64,000 nucleotides of DNA from an uncultured Verrucomicrobiae bacterium (GCA_963828525.1 CAWHEP010000008.1:192001-256000); one strand, 5' to 3'. Shown: positions 29,734 through 40,636, numbered from the stretch's first letter. Numbers and translations: made by a program. The notes: a model not told the origin generated them from the letters alone.

Positions 29734-30633
29734 ATGGTTCCCGCGTTTTTAACTGCGGTCTTTTTTGCGCTTTCGGTGGTTTGCGCTTCCCGTTCCGCCC
29801 GCCTGTTGGGCGCGACAGGGGCGAACTACCGCCGGCTTCTGGTATCGCTTCTCCTTCTGGGAATTTGGGCGCACGTATGGGGGCATGGATTGGGGGGCAA
29901 GACCTTCTTCTGGTTCTTTCTGAGCGGGAGCATTGGCTTCGGCCTCGGCGACATGGCGCTTTACCAGGCACTGGCGGCGATTGGTCCCCGCCTGGCTGTC
30001 ATCCTTGTCCAATGCCTCGCCGTGCCGTTCGCGGCTTGTATCGAGAGACTCTGGCTCGGAACTGCTGTAAACGCGGGGCAAGCTGTCTGCGGTTTCGTGA
30101 TACTGGCAGGGGTTGCGATTGCGCTGGGGGAATCCTCTGTGGATTTGGCGGCTGCCGTTCGTCTCCGGGGAACACTTTTCGGCATTGCTGCCGCGCTCGG
30201 GCAGGCAGCGGGCGCGGTGGTCAGCCGGAAAGCTTATCTGGTCGCCGCGCTTCTAGGGGAGCCGGTGGACGGCGGGACGGCCGCTTACGAGCGCATGATC
30301 GGCGGTGTTCTCGCTACGAGCGTCTTTTACCTTGCCCTGCTCGGCAGAAACCAAAGCAGGCGCAGCGAAGGCCCCCGGCTAAACCGCCAAAACAGGGCCG
30401 TTGCCTGGCGCTGGGTAGTACTCAACGCGCTTGCCGGGGCGACACTCGGTGTCAGTTGCTACCAGTGGGCGCTTTCTACCACCCCAAGCGCGATCGTCCT
30501 GCCCATCGTCGCACTGGCGCCGATAATAACCATTCCGCTGGCGTTCGCCCTTGAAGGGGACAAACCGACCCTGCGGTCGGTGCTCGGCGGCATTATCGCC
30601 GTTGCGGGAGCAATCCAACTCACCCGCATGTAG
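29734..30633 (+). CDS. DMT/EamA-family transporter
   Basis: About 10 TMs in two repeats; SGSIGFGLGD; start reassigned to MVPAFLTA. Confidence 0.85.
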   Translation: MVPAFLTAVFFALSVVCASRSARLLGATGANYRRLLVSLLLLGIWAHVWGHGLGGKTFFWFFLSGSIGFGLGDMALYQALAAIGPRLAVILVQCLAVPFAACIERLWLGTAVNAGQAVCGFVILAGVAIALGESSVDLAAAVRLRGTLFGIAAALGQAAGAVVSRKAYLVAALLGEPVDGGTAAYERMIGGVLATSVFYLALLGRNQSRRSEGPRLNRQNRAVAWRWVVLNALAGATLGVSCYQWALSTTPSAIVLPIVALAPIITIPLAFALEGDKPTLRSVLGGIIAVAGAIQLTRM

Positions 30634-30639
30634 GGGCCC

Positions 30640-31236
30640 CTAGTATTTGATGGCGCAACCGTAGGATTTTGTAGTCGCTGTCGAGACCTGCTGACCCGCC
30701 ATTGCCTGGTCGAGAGCCGCCTTTACATAGTTGGTCGCCTTCGAAATATCGGCGGTGTCTGTAGAGGCGATGCTGTCGATAGCGCCTTCATAGATCAACT
30801 TGCCCTGAGGATTAATCACGAACATGTCGGGCGTGGTCTTGGCGCCATACTGCCGTCCTACCCTGCCATCGCCATCCAATAAAATCGCGGTGGCTGCGGC
30901 GTTCTTTGCCTTGGCCCACTTGTCGAGGTCCGGTGGCGGATAGTTGCCCTGCTTGCCCGGGGCCGAGGAGTCGATCGTCAGCCACACCACTCCCTTGCCG
31001 GTATAGAAGTGCTGGAGGCCCGGTATGTTCCCTGACTCATAATGTTTCTTCACAAACGGGCAATCCGGATTTGCCCACTCTAGAACAACGTATTTGCCTT
31101 TGAATTCAGAGAGCCCGCGGGCTTTTCCCGCCGTGTCCGGAATGGAAAAGTCAGGCGCTGGGGAGCCACTGCTAACTCCGGCGAATGCGGAGGATGCGAT
31201 TGACGACAGAGCCAGAAGTAAGAGGTGGTATTTCAT
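30640..31236 (-). CDS. Secreted redoxin/thioredoxin-family protein
   Basis: Signal peptide, VVLEWANPDCPFVKKHY, GAKTTPDM, YGCAIKY. Confidence 0.9.
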   Translation of the reverse strand: MKYHLLLLALSSIASSAFAGVSSGSPAPDFSIPDTAGKARGLSEFKGKYVVLEWANPDCPFVKKHYESGNIPGLQHFYTGKGVVWLTIDSSAPGKQGNYPPPDLDKWAKAKNAAATAILLDGDGRVGRQYGAKTTPDMFVINPQGKLIYEGAIDSIASTDTADISKATNYVKAALDQAMAGQQVSTATTKSYGCAIKY

Positions 31237-31274
31237 AATTAACCAATACGACGTTATTCCTGAATTTCAGAATT

Positions 31275-33490
31275 TCAACCGGGTCCGGGTTTTTCGGCCC
31301 TATCGAGGCTTTCCAAAACCTCGCGCTCGGTTAAAAGCTCTGATAATATATCCGGCTCGCCGCCTCCTGCCGGATAGACCGCATAAACGGGGACGCCAGC
31401 CCTCCCGAAGCCCCTGAGCATCTTCGTTATCTGAGCATCGCCCCTGGTCCAATCGGCCTTCAACAAAACGACTCCACCTTTCGTAAAAGCATCTCGCACG
31501 GTGGAGGAAGCGAGAACGAAGCGCTCGTTGTATTTGCAATTCGCGCACCAATCCGCCGTAAAGTCCACGAAGACCGGCTTCCCTGATTTGGCTGCTTGCT
31601 CCAGCCGGGAAGGCGAGAAAGGAAGCCAGCCCGCGTCAGACGCGAAAGTCTGGGCGGCAACGGGCGTGATTTTACCCACGACGAAAAAAAGCAATCCGAA
31701 GAGTGAGACAGCGGTCATAAATCCGAGTGAACCAAGACGCTCAATCGGAGAAGCTTGTCCAGTGAGGAAGGCTCCTTTTATCCAGCAAGCGATTCCAAGG
31801 CATAGAAGAAAAGCCGCAGTCGAAATGACTGCCTGGACGCCGGTCTCCAATCCAAGAACGAACAGGAGCCAGAGGAGAGTTCCCATCAGCATAAAGCCGG
31901 TGAACTGCTTGAACCGGACCATCCACAAACCAGGCCGCGGCAGGAATCGCATCCATGCCGGCTGGGCCGTCAGCAGGAAATACGGAAAACTCATCCCGGC
32001 GGCGACGGCGATGAAGATCGAGAAGACGACGAGTGTGGTCGCCTGCGGAGCGAATGCAAATCCCAGAGCGGGTCCGAGGAAGGGGGCGGTGCAGGGAGTG
32101 GCCAGCAATGTTGCAAACATGCCGTGGAAAAACGCGCCGGTGTATCCTTCGCGGTCAGCGAGATCCATCGCCTTGTTCCCGACTGTGTTCGGCAGGAACA
32201 CTTCGAACACGCCGAAGAGGTTAAGGGCAAATACAAAGAGGATCGCGCTCATTGCCACGAGGCAATAAGGATTCTGGAACTGCGAAGACCAATTGAAATC
32301 GCGTCCGACAAGTTTGAAGACGGAAAGCAGGGCCGCCAGTCCAATAAACCAGGCAAAGATTCCCGCTACGAAAGCCAGACCCAGGCGGAACACTTTTTCA
32401 GGGGCCTCGCCGGCTTGTTTGATGAAGCCAAAGATTTTGAGCGCTATCACCGGCAGAACGCACGGCATCAAGTTCAGGATGAAGCCGCCGATGAAGCCGA
32501 ATACAAGGAACTTGAGCAAGCTACCGGAAGGCCGATGCGAGGTCGTTTTTCCGGAATGATCTCCAGCGCCCGGGCGCCTGACCCAACTGATGTGGGAGAA
32601 GGCGCAACACCCGCCTCGGGTTGGAAAACGGACCATCCCGCGGTCGCTCCATCGGGTGACCGAATAGCAACGACAGCGTCCACTTGCGGGTTTGTGGCAG
32701 AATCATCGCGATGGGCCGGGATGGTGAACGTAATGCTGTCACCATTCACTCCCTTCTTGGGATGCTCCACCGAAGTGCCCTGGCGCGGGAGCGGAAGAAG
32801 GTCGACCGCCCCGCTGGCTCCCTTGACGTCGAGCGTGACCGCTGTCGGCGTTGTCGACCACCTGGCGGTAAATGGCATTCCCGAGGATTGCGGCAGCAGC
32901 GCGCGATACTTTGCGAAGAGGTAAGCGTCCGGGGAGGCGCCTCCTTCCCCAACCTTGAGAGCGAGGGCGAGATCGGCCTTTCCGGGGACACAACTCTTTT
33001 CGCAGACCAGCCATGACGCCGAGGCGTTGACAATGACTTCTTGCCCTTGGAGCTGGGCTGGAGGCGTAATCTCCGCAAGCAGCATCACTTCGTCATTGTA
33101 AACGTACGTCTGAAGATCGCCCTCGTCGTCCTCGCGAACCGGCAGCGGCCACTGGAGAGCACCCGCTGTAAACCCCGGGGGCAGCCGCCAGTCAATCTTT
33201 GTAGGCAACCCGGAATCGCCCGGATACTCCCAGTAGGTATGCCAGCCCGGTTGCATCTTGAGAAGAAGCCCAACCGCGAAAGGCTTTCCGGGGGTAACTG
33301 AGGAGTTTTCGGCAACCAATTTTGCCACCACGAGTTGAGCGCCATCATGCATCTGCGCCTGAGACAAAGGCGGAAGAGCGAAGCAAAGGGCCCAGATGAG
33401 ATTGAGGCAATGCGCTAGAGCGCGACGCGAAAACAAATCACCGCGACGCCCGAGGCTCGCAAACGCGGAACAAAACCGACCTGAAATCAC
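31275..33490 (-). CDS. dsbD: Protein-disulfide reductase DsbD family, split by an apparent frameshift at about 32548
   Basis: N-domain GWHTYWEYPGDSG and CEKSC; TM domain NLMPCVLP and ATPCTAP; thioredoxin WCANC; halves join if one A is added to an A5 run. Confidence 0.88.
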
Positions 33491-34536
33491 CGCCCCATTC
33501 CGACAGGCACTTGATGCCCATGGAGCGAATCCGTGTCTTTACGCGCCCGAGCAAGAGTAGTAAACACGTCGCGAGTCTCGGAGGGGGCAGGCGGCTGACC
33601 AGCCTCGACCTGGATCGTTATCTCCTTGCCATCCCGTAAAACGATAAGGGGAACGTGGTCTCCCGCTGTCAGGTAAAATGAGGCGCTTACCACATCTTCC
33701 GCGCTGTTGACTTTGATGCCGCCAACGCGCAGAAGGGCATCCCCCTTCTTCAACCCGGAGTTGGTCGCGGGCGATCCGTCGAGGATGTCCTTTACCTGCA
33801 CTGGCCCCTTGCCTCCCGGGCAGTTGACCACAGTGATCCCCATCCAGCCCGGCCTCACTTCCCCAAAGCGCAGAAAGTCATGGTAAGCCTTCTCCGCCGC
33901 TTCGATCGGCAGGGCGAAACATTCCCCTTCTCGCTCGCTTCGGCTAATAAGCACGCCAACAACCTCTCCCTTAAGGTTTAGAAGCGGCGCGCCACCTTCC
34001 CCGCGTTCGACCGGCAGATTGGCACAGATATGGCCGTTGGTGAATTCACCCACCGTTCCAAAATTAGAAGTGACGGAGAGATCCAGCGGGTATCCAACAA
34101 CGATGACGGGCGAGGCAACGGACAGCTCCGAGCTGTTGCCTTCGGTGAGAAAAGGTGTTCGCGCTTTCACCCGCAGAATCGCTATGCCGCTTCGCGGGTC
34201 TCCCAGGATGCGCTCCGCGGGGTACTTTGCGTCGCCCTGGCATACCACGATATTCCACGACTCTCCGCCTATGGTATATGACGTGAAGATTGTTCCGTTC
34301 GGATCCATGTAGAATCCGGAACCTGCCAGCTCTCCGTTCTTATCCGAGGCTCTGATCGCGACGACGGCACCCTTATGATGCTCAAAAATGGTGTTTGCTT
34401 CCCTCTTGATGGCCTCAAGGACGTCTCCAGCAGACGCGCAGCGGCAGAAGGTGACGAAAAGCGAAGAAACGAGGAGAGCCGCCCGCGTCAGTCTTTTGAC
34501 ACGAAAACTAGAAGCTAAACGAAGGCTGCTGCTCAT
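33487..34536 (-). CDS. S1C (HtrA/DegP-like) protease-fold protein with PDZ domain
   Basis: GSGF, GAPLLNLKGEVVG, GWMGI PDZ; the catalytic GNSGG is replaced by GEGGA. Confidence 0.8.
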   Translation of the reverse strand: MSSSLRLASSFRVKRLTRAALLVSSLFVTFCRCASAGDVLEAIKREANTIFEHHKGAVVAIRASDKNGELAGSGFYMDPNGTIFTSYTIGGESWNIVVCQGDAKYPAERILGDPRSGIAILRVKARTPFLTEGNSSELSVASPVIVVGYPLDLSVTSNFGTVGEFTNGHICANLPVERGEGGAPLLNLKGEVVGVLISRSEREGECFALPIEAAEKAYHDFLRFGEVRPGWMGITVVNCPGGKGPVQVKDILDGSPATNSGLKKGDALLRVGGIKVNSAEDVVSASFYLTAGDHVPLIVLRDGKEITIQVEAGQPPAPSETRDVFTTLARARKDTDSLHGHQVPVGMGR

Positions 34537-34918
34537 AGCTGACCGGAACCGTATCTATAACATAACGGGGATGATCCGCCACCGCATAGGCATGAGCTGC
34601 CTGGATTGTCTGCGGGAAAGGCGTTCCCTCCGCCTTTGCGACTTTAATGCCGTCCTGGAGAGGAACCGAAACGTTCACCGCTCCAAAGAAGACAATGATC
34701 GCGGCAGCGACTGCCGCTCCATAACTGAGTACTCCGGGAACCTGCTCGCCAAAAAACGCGTTCGCGCGATCCAGCATGATTCGCCAAAGTGGCTGACGGA
34801 GGAGTTCGGCTCGCTGGCGCCGATGAAAGTCCCGAAGAAATCCGTCAAAATATTCCGGCGAGGGCTGCTCGTAACGCTTCAACCTGAGCAGCTTTGAGAT
34901 GTCATCCATTTCAGGCAT
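34508..34918 (-). CDS. Single-TM putative anti-sigma factor
   Basis: Follows the ECF sigma; LLRLKRYEQPSPEYFDGFLRDFHRRQR then one TM. Confidence 0.6.
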   Translation of the reverse strand: MPEMDDISKLLRLKRYEQPSPEYFDGFLRDFHRRQRAELLRQPLWRIMLDRANAFFGEQVPGVLSYGAAVAAAIIVFFGAVNVSVPLQDGIKVAKAEGTPFPQTIQAAHAYAVADHPRYVIDTVPVSYEQQPSFSF

Positions 34919-34928
34919 TGCTTAGACT

Positions 34929-35516
34929 TTACTTCGCGCGGAATTCTTCAAGATAATTCTGCAATTGACGATGCGCGTAGAAGAGGCGGGAGCGAACGGT
35001 TCCCTCTGAGATTCCCAAGACTTTGCTAATTTCTGCATGAGGCATTCCCTGTACGTCGAACATCGTTACTACAGCTCTATGCTCGTATGACAGCTTCATC
35101 ATCGCTTCGTTCAATCTTTGCTGAAGCTCCTTCAGGTCCGCTTCGCGGATTGGATTACTGCCCGAGGTGGACTCTATGAACTCTTTGTCGTTCTGGATGT
35201 TTGCGTCCACGTCATCCAGGCTCAATTGAAAATGACGGCCTCTCTTCTTCAAGAAATTGATCGTCATGTTCACGCCAATGGAGTGAATCCAGGTGTAGAA
35301 ACTCGACTTCCCACGGAACCCCTTTATCGATCGATACGCCTTTGCGAACACGTCCTGGAGAAGGTCATTCGTGTCTTCGTGGTTGGAGGTCATGTTGTAA
35401 ACGAGGCTGTACAGCCGGGTGCTGTATTTTTTCACCAGCTCATCAAAAGCCGCCACATCGCCCGCCTGGGTGCGGGCGATCAAATCGTTGTCAACCTTGC
35501 GGGGGTCCTCGTCCAT
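34929..35516 (-). CDS. ECF sigma factor (RpoE-like)
   Basis: GDVAAFDELV, FRGKSSFYTWI, GTVRSRLFYA. Confidence 0.93.
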   Translation of the reverse strand: MDEDPRKVDNDLIARTQAGDVAAFDELVKKYSTRLYSLVYNMTSNHEDTNDLLQDVFAKAYRSIKGFRGKSSFYTWIHSIGVNMTINFLKKRGRHFQLSLDDVDANIQNDKEFIESTSGSNPIREADLKELQQRLNEAMMKLSYEHRAVVTMFDVQGMPHAEISKVLGISEGTVRSRLFYAHRQLQNYLEEFRAK

Positions 35517-35649
35517 TCCAGATGCAATAAGCTCCCGAAAGCTTTCCAGCTTTTCGTTTTCAGGGGAATCTTTAATCCTTCGGTCTCGTGAAGGAACAAG
35601 ATTTAGGCCTGCGTCGCTTCAGGGCGGGAGCGCCCGTGTAATGGCGCGC

Positions 35650-36918
35650 TCAGTCCGGCAGGGACTGGCCTCGGGTCTCCGGAGCGAACCAGATGATGAG
35701 CATGCCGAAAATGTAGATGAGTGTGACGGTTGAGCCCGCGCCGGCGTAGCCGACCTTATGGGACTGCATGAGCTGCCCCATCAGAACTGCCCCCGCCGCG
35801 GCAAGAAACCGGCCTGAGTTATACCCGATGCCTTGCGCGGTCGCCCGGACGCGAGTGGGGAAGAGTTCGGGGAAATAAAGCGGAATCCAGCCGTAGTAAG
35901 CCGCTGTCACCGCGCCGACAAGGAATGTGAGCAGAAGAAACGCCGGAGTGTATGAATGGATCACGCGAAAGAGAACGGCGCATGAGATGAGCGAGGCGAC
36001 AGATATCCAGAAGTAGGCAATCCTCCGTCCGAGCCGCGCGCCCATCCACGCCCCCAGCATACACCCGAGGACCGAGCCGAGAGCAGAGGCCAGGCCAGTA
36101 TATCCCTTCGCGCCCGGCTGGCCAGGCCCTGCCATCTGGTCGGCCCATAGCGGCAGCCACTGCACGGTTCCCCAGGTTCCAACAAGGGCCACGGAAGCGA
36201 GAGCAATGGCCAAAAGGGTCCTTCGCAGCAATGGCCGTCTAAACAGCTCTCCGAGCGGGTGAGGAGTGCCGTGCTCCTTGACTTCGCGCTCCCACCTTTC
36301 GGATTCCGGCACAAACATCCGGATGAAGAGCGTGAGCACGGCAGGCGCGGCTCCCACGAGCATTAGCCATCGCCATGAACTATTCGTGACCGGGAAGAAG
36401 ATGGTGATTGCGGCAATGGCGCCGGTACCAACGTTCACCGCCGCTCCAATGATGCCCGCCATGAGGGGACGCTTGTCCCTTGGCCACGTCTCCATGACGA
36501 GGGCCACGCCCAGCGACCACTCGCCACCCATGCCAAGGGCAGAGACGAAACGGAAGAGCCCCAGTTGCCAGGGGGCCTGGGAAAAATAGCCAAGGCCGGT
36601 GAAGAGAGAATAGCAGAGGATGCTGACCGTCATCGCGCGAACACGACCGATTCGGTCTCCGAGCCACCCAAACAGCAGTCCCCCGAAAGCGGCGCCGATC
36701 AGAAACAAGGCAGTGATACGGCCCATCCAGAGAGCTGTGAATTGATCATTGAAAGCACCGGCAGCGCCTCCCATTTCGTGGAGAGCCGGGCGAGCGACGA
36801 GCGGAAAGAGACCCATCTCGATGCCGTCAAACATCCAGCCCAGGAACGCGGCCAGAAGGACCAGCCACAACCGACGGCGCGTTGCGCGCGCCTCGTGATC
36901 CAGGTTGCCGCCGGGCAT
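35650..36918 (-). CDS. MFS transporter
   Basis: GWLGDRIGR motif A, GMGGEW, PELFPTRVRAT, PETRG. Confidence 0.92.
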   Translation of the reverse strand: MPGGNLDHEARATRRRLWLVLLAAFLGWMFDGIEMGLFPLVARPALHEMGGAAGAFNDQFTALWMGRITALFLIGAAFGGLLFGWLGDRIGRVRAMTVSILCYSLFTGLGYFSQAPWQLGLFRFVSALGMGGEWSLGVALVMETWPRDKRPLMAGIIGAAVNVGTGAIAAITIFFPVTNSSWRWLMLVGAAPAVLTLFIRMFVPESERWEREVKEHGTPHPLGELFRRPLLRRTLLAIALASVALVGTWGTVQWLPLWADQMAGPGQPGAKGYTGLASALGSVLGCMLGAWMGARLGRRIAYFWISVASLISCAVLFRVIHSYTPAFLLLTFLVGAVTAAYYGWIPLYFPELFPTRVRATAQGIGYNSGRFLAAAGAVLMGQLMQSHKVGYAGAGSTVTLIYIFGMLIIWFAPETRGQSLPD

Positions 36919-36920
36919 GG

Positions 36921-38459
36921 CTATTTCGGGATACGAAGCAGCGTGTACGCTATGCGCGGATTAAGAACAGGCGTCCCGCTTGCAGAAGTCAATTTTGAGA
37001 GATCGAACTGGTAGATGAGGTTCGGCTTGAAGTCCGGCAGCGTGAGATCGGCTTCGCGCCTGTCACTCGAGAGAGCGACCGCGCCTATGTGAACGTCCTC
37101 CTTTTCGACCTCTGGAGAGCCATACGCGGCATGATAGAGATAGGTGTAGCGGCGCGCCACCCAGAGGGCGGCATTGGAAACATTCGGGTTTAGCGGGGCG
37201 GTAAATGAAAACCGGAAACCATGCGGAGTAACGCGCATGTGGAGAGGATCAAACACCGGAGCCGCCGTAGGCTGCACATATGAAATGCCTTCCGCGCCGG
37301 GCCACGCGAGGTGAGTGCGTCCGACCCAAAGGGTGCTGCCGATGAAGGCGAGCCGATGAAGGCCCGTCTGCAACTCGGGCGAATCAATGAAGGGGATGCA
37401 TGCTCCCTGCCAAACGCCTTCAATGTTCTCCGGCAGGACCCGCAATAGTCTGGGCGCGTTCATCTCGCCTATGACCATCTGGCCTCCAAAAGGCCCCCAC
37501 TCCGGCAGCTTCGGGATGATCAGCATCTGTGTGGCGGAGTTGACGAAAGTTCCATAGGGAAACTGAATCGCAGGCGGAATGCGCTCTTCCAGCAGTTTGC
37601 TGACTGGTATCTTCAGAGGATCACCGCCGTTCCAGCCAGGACGCCATACGAGACTGGCGGGGTGTCCATAGAAGCCGCCTTGACGGACAAATTTCAATTC
37701 GCACGCGCCAAGCCAGTCTCCCTGATTGTCCGAGACCACCAGGGTGCCAGATGAATCGAAGCCAATCCCATCGGGCGATCTGAATCCATAGGCAAAGGGC
37801 ACCGCCTGCCCGCTGGCCGGATCGATTTCCATGATACATCCTCTATACGGGACCCTGGAGTACATCCTGCCCGCTTGCTTCTTGACGGAATTCCACGTTT
37901 CCTTCGCAAACTGCTCCCTCGGGACGCCAATCGGACACCACTCACCGCGTACTTCACTATTCACGGTGTCGCCGTTCGAGGCGAGATTGAGCGAAACGTA
38001 TAACTTGCCGTTGGAGCCTCGGACCGGGCCGTAGGCGAATTCATGGTAGTTGCCCGATATGCCGAACCCGTCCCAGACGGTTTGATAAGTATCAGCAACG
38101 CCGCGACCACTGGAATCCTTCAAGCGGGTCAGCTCCGGCCTTTGCATCACGAGAAGACTTCCATCTTTCTCTGGAAGGATGCCGAGGGGTTCATGGAGGC
38201 CTTCGGCGAAGATTTTCCATGTTCCCGCCTTGGGATCGTAAAATGCGATCTGCCCTTGGTCAAAACCTACGGCGAGCCTGCCGTCGGGCATGGGCGCGAG
38301 AGCGCCAACCTGAGGGTCTACGCCCCCTGGCGTAGGTATGGACTTGATCGTGTAGTAGGGATCAACCGGGGCAGCTACATATTGCCTGGGTTTGCCAGCG
38401 TGAGCGCTGACGGCGCCCAGCAGGAGGGTGAAAAGAAGAAGTTGAGGACGCCTCATCAC
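36921..38459 (-). CDS. Secreted beta-propeller protein, glucose/sorbosone dehydrogenase-like
   Basis: Signal peptide, FAEGLHEPLG, GNYHEFAYG, GFRSPDG, DNQGDW, GFYGHP. Confidence 0.75.
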   Translation of the reverse strand: MMRRPQLLLFTLLLGAVSAHAGKPRQYVAAPVDPYYTIKSIPTPGGVDPQVGALAPMPDGRLAVGFDQGQIAFYDPKAGTWKIFAEGLHEPLGILPEKDGSLLVMQRPELTRLKDSSGRGVADTYQTVWDGFGISGNYHEFAYGPVRGSNGKLYVSLNLASNGDTVNSEVRGEWCPIGVPREQFAKETWNSVKKQAGRMYSRVPYRGCIMEIDPASGQAVPFAYGFRSPDGIGFDSSGTLVVSDNQGDWLGACELKFVRQGGFYGHPASLVWRPGWNGGDPLKIPVSKLLEERIPPAIQFPYGTFVNSATQMLIIPKLPEWGPFGGQMVIGEMNAPRLLRVLPENIEGVWQGACIPFIDSPELQTGLHRLAFIGSTLWVGRTHLAWPGAEGISYVQPTAAPVFDPLHMRVTPHGFRFSFTAPLNPNVSNAALWVARRYTYLYHAAYGSPEVEKEDVHIGAVALSSDRREADLTLPDFKPNLIYQFDLSKLTSASGTPVLNPRIAYTLLRIPK

Positions 38460-39577
38460 TTGCGAATAGCGGCGGCGGAAGGTTCAAGATGCACGGTGAA
38501 CTTCGCGGCTTGGGATGCTGGAATCGACAGCACTTTTCCGTTCCGCCTGCCCACCGAGCAGGTCGCGGCGCCGTCCCCGGCGCCGACATCGATGGAGACC
38601 TCTGCCGGTGGGTTCGTGAAGCTGAAATTCCATTCAACGGCTCCGGAAGAGGCGTTTGCAGTGAGACGCTCAGAGACTTCCAGCACGCCGGAGCGCCAAT
38701 GAAATTCCGGATTTCCGCCGCTGACAGTGTAGCCTAAAAACTTGGGAGACGAGGCGGGCTTGCCACCGAACAAAATTGGCGGAACGGGTTTCCCAGTTGA
38801 CCACCATGGAGCGGAGGGGACCACAGCGAGAGCCTTTCCGTTTCCCTTCCAGTGCGCGCTGGCATCTATGAAATCCCCGAACCAGACATACCGCAAGCGG
38901 CAGATTCCCGCATCCCAGCAAAAATTCTCTTTACCAGGAAGAGCGACCGCGATAGCGGCCGGACCCGCGTCCGGCATAAAAATGCGCTGAACATAAGGAC
39001 GTCTGCCGCCGCCGGGAATGGCTGCCAGCGTGGATTGAAGAGGAATGTTCGTGTCCTTGGCAAGCCGGGGCATCGAGACCCCGGAGTAGATCGCCCCATA
39101 CATCACCATGCCGTGGCCGGGGAAGGTGCAAACGTATGGATAGATCCCGGGAGCCGGAGGCATCTTGAACTTCACGATGAAATCCTTGTCAGGCTCAACG
39201 AGGGAACTGTGAACAATGAGATCAGAACTGTCTGGAATGAAGCTTTGCCTTGTACCGTTCTCTCCAAGGGCTAATGCTTGCTGAACATAAGCCTGCCGGG
39301 TTCCCGGTTTGAGGACGGAGAAGTTGTGCGACTGGTGTGTGGAGTCGGTGTTCTTCAGTTCGACGGTGACTTCCTGTCCCGGAGTCGCCGAGAACCGGGG
39401 AGGCTCGAACCGAAGGCCATCCGTCATTTCCATCCTGACGAGCATGGGGCCTTTCAAGGGTCCAGACTTCACCTCCCCCTCGTCTTTGTCCGCAGGCGCT
39501 TCTGCCGCCGTCAGAATCCGCGCGAAGAACGAAAGCGAGACAAGGAATAGGAGGTGTTTGCGCAAGGGGAGAATCAT
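38456..39577 (-). CDS. Azurin/auracyanin-like cupredoxin domain protein with C-terminal extension
   Basis: Signal peptide; type-1 Cu ligands SHNF and YVCTFPGHGMVM. Confidence 0.85.
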   Translation of the reverse strand: MILPLRKHLLFLVSLSFFARILTAAEAPADKDEGEVKSGPLKGPMLVRMEMTDGLRFEPPRFSATPGQEVTVELKNTDSTHQSHNFSVLKPGTRQAYVQQALALGENGTRQSFIPDSSDLIVHSSLVEPDKDFIVKFKMPPAPGIYPYVCTFPGHGMVMYGAIYSGVSMPRLAKDTNIPLQSTLAAIPGGGRRPYVQRIFMPDAGPAAIAVALPGKENFCWDAGICRLRYVWFGDFIDASAHWKGNGKALAVVPSAPWWSTGKPVPPILFGGKPASSPKFLGYTVSGGNPEFHWRSGVLEVSERLTANASSGAVEWNFSFTNPPAEVSIDVGAGDGAATCSVGRRNGKVLSIPASQAAKFTVHLEPSAAAIRK

Positions 39578-39699
39578 TCCTCCACGAAAGGAGGACACGA
39601 TTCAACAGCAAAAAGAGAAAATCTCCACTCGGCGCAACGGGCGGCAGCCGCAGAACGCCACTCCGCTGCTGCCACCCCTCACGATTTTGCTTGCTGAAA

Positions 39700-40170
39700 C
39701 TAGTGGACGGCTTCCGCAAGGCGACAGGGCGACTCGGCCCAGACATCCAGACCTTCCCCTGTTTCGAGGTATGACTTCAAGCTGGAGACAACGCGCGGCC
39801 AGCCCCACGCAACCTTGGCGGGCATGCTCGAATCCTCCTTAAATGCGCTGTGGGTAACTGTAAGGCATACCATACCTTCGAAGGGCTCGATATCGAAGCT
39901 GACGCGGGACGCTTCCTGAGTGTCGTCAGGATCCACCCATGTCAGCACCAGAAGTGTTGGCGGGATGATGTCGACGACTTTACCTGTCACTCTCACTTCG
40001 CCCTTCTCACCCGCGGAGACGAGCTGCCATCCAGAACCTTTCGTCCAGTCCGAGACACATCCGTTACCGCCCCAGTATTGGCGCGCAAATTCAGGGTTGG
40101 TAATGGCAGCCCACAGCTTTTCCGGCGTGGTTTTGATATAGGTCGTATAGATTTGGTCGGGTTTACTCAT
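39700..40170 (-). CDS. SRPBCC/AHA1-like domain protein
   Basis: YTTYIKTTPEKLWAAIT, GWPRVVSSLKSYLETG. Confidence 0.9.
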   Translation of the reverse strand: MSKPDQIYTTYIKTTPEKLWAAITNPEFARQYWGGNGCVSDWTKGSGWQLVSAGEKGEVRVTGKVVDIIPPTLLVLTWVDPDDTQEASRVSFDIEPFEGMVCLTVTHSAFKEDSSMPAKVAWGWPRVVSSLKSYLETGEGLDVWAESPCRLAEAVH

Positions 40171-40480
40171 GATCATTGTCCTTTAGTGCTTGTTTTAGGT
40201 TGTCGAGGGCCTGAACCCTCCGTTGTTCAAACTTGCCGATCCAACGGGTGTAAATCTCGTGGATCGGCACTGGATTCAGGTAATGCAGCTTCTCGCGTCC
40301 CCGCCGGACGGTGGTAACCAGGTTAGCTGACTCAAGGAGAGCCAGATGCTTGGTCACCGCCTGCCGGCTCATGGCGAGGCACCCGCACAATTCGCCGAGC
40401 GTTTGTCCGTTACTCCTGTGGAGTTGATCGAGCAATTCGCGACGGCTCTTATCAGCGAGCGCTTTAAAGACTGCTTCCAT
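40163..40480 (-). CDS. ArsR/SmtB-family regulator
   Basis: VFKALADKSRRELLD, MSRQAVTKHLALLE, GREKLHYLN. Confidence 0.92.
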   Translation of the reverse strand: MEAVFKALADKSRRELLDQLHRSNGQTLGELCGCLAMSRQAVTKHLALLESANLVTTVRRGREKLHYLNPVPIHEIYTRWIGKFEQRRVQALDNLKQALKDNDHE

Positions 40481-40490
40481 AACGGACAAT

Positions 40491-40510
40491 ATGCAACCTA
40501 ATGGTTGCAT
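40491..40510. promoter_or_regulatory. ArsR-SRPBCC operator palindrome
   Basis: Perfect ATGCAACC-TAAT-GGTTGCAT 10 nt upstream of the ArsR ATG. Confidence 0.8.
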
Positions 40511-40636
40511 GTCAAATATTATATGTCCCCCAAGAGGATCTTTCATTCACCGGCCCCGCAGCCCGGACTTCGGTTCCGCCACTGGTATTTGAATGGCTGA
40601 CCCAGCCCACTCTGCTGTATCTGTTGCGGTGCCAGT

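Noticed and set aside
32540..32555. dsbD split as programmed frameshifting or a true pseudogene
   Set aside because: A single missing A in a homopolymer with both halves otherwise intact is most simply a sequencing error
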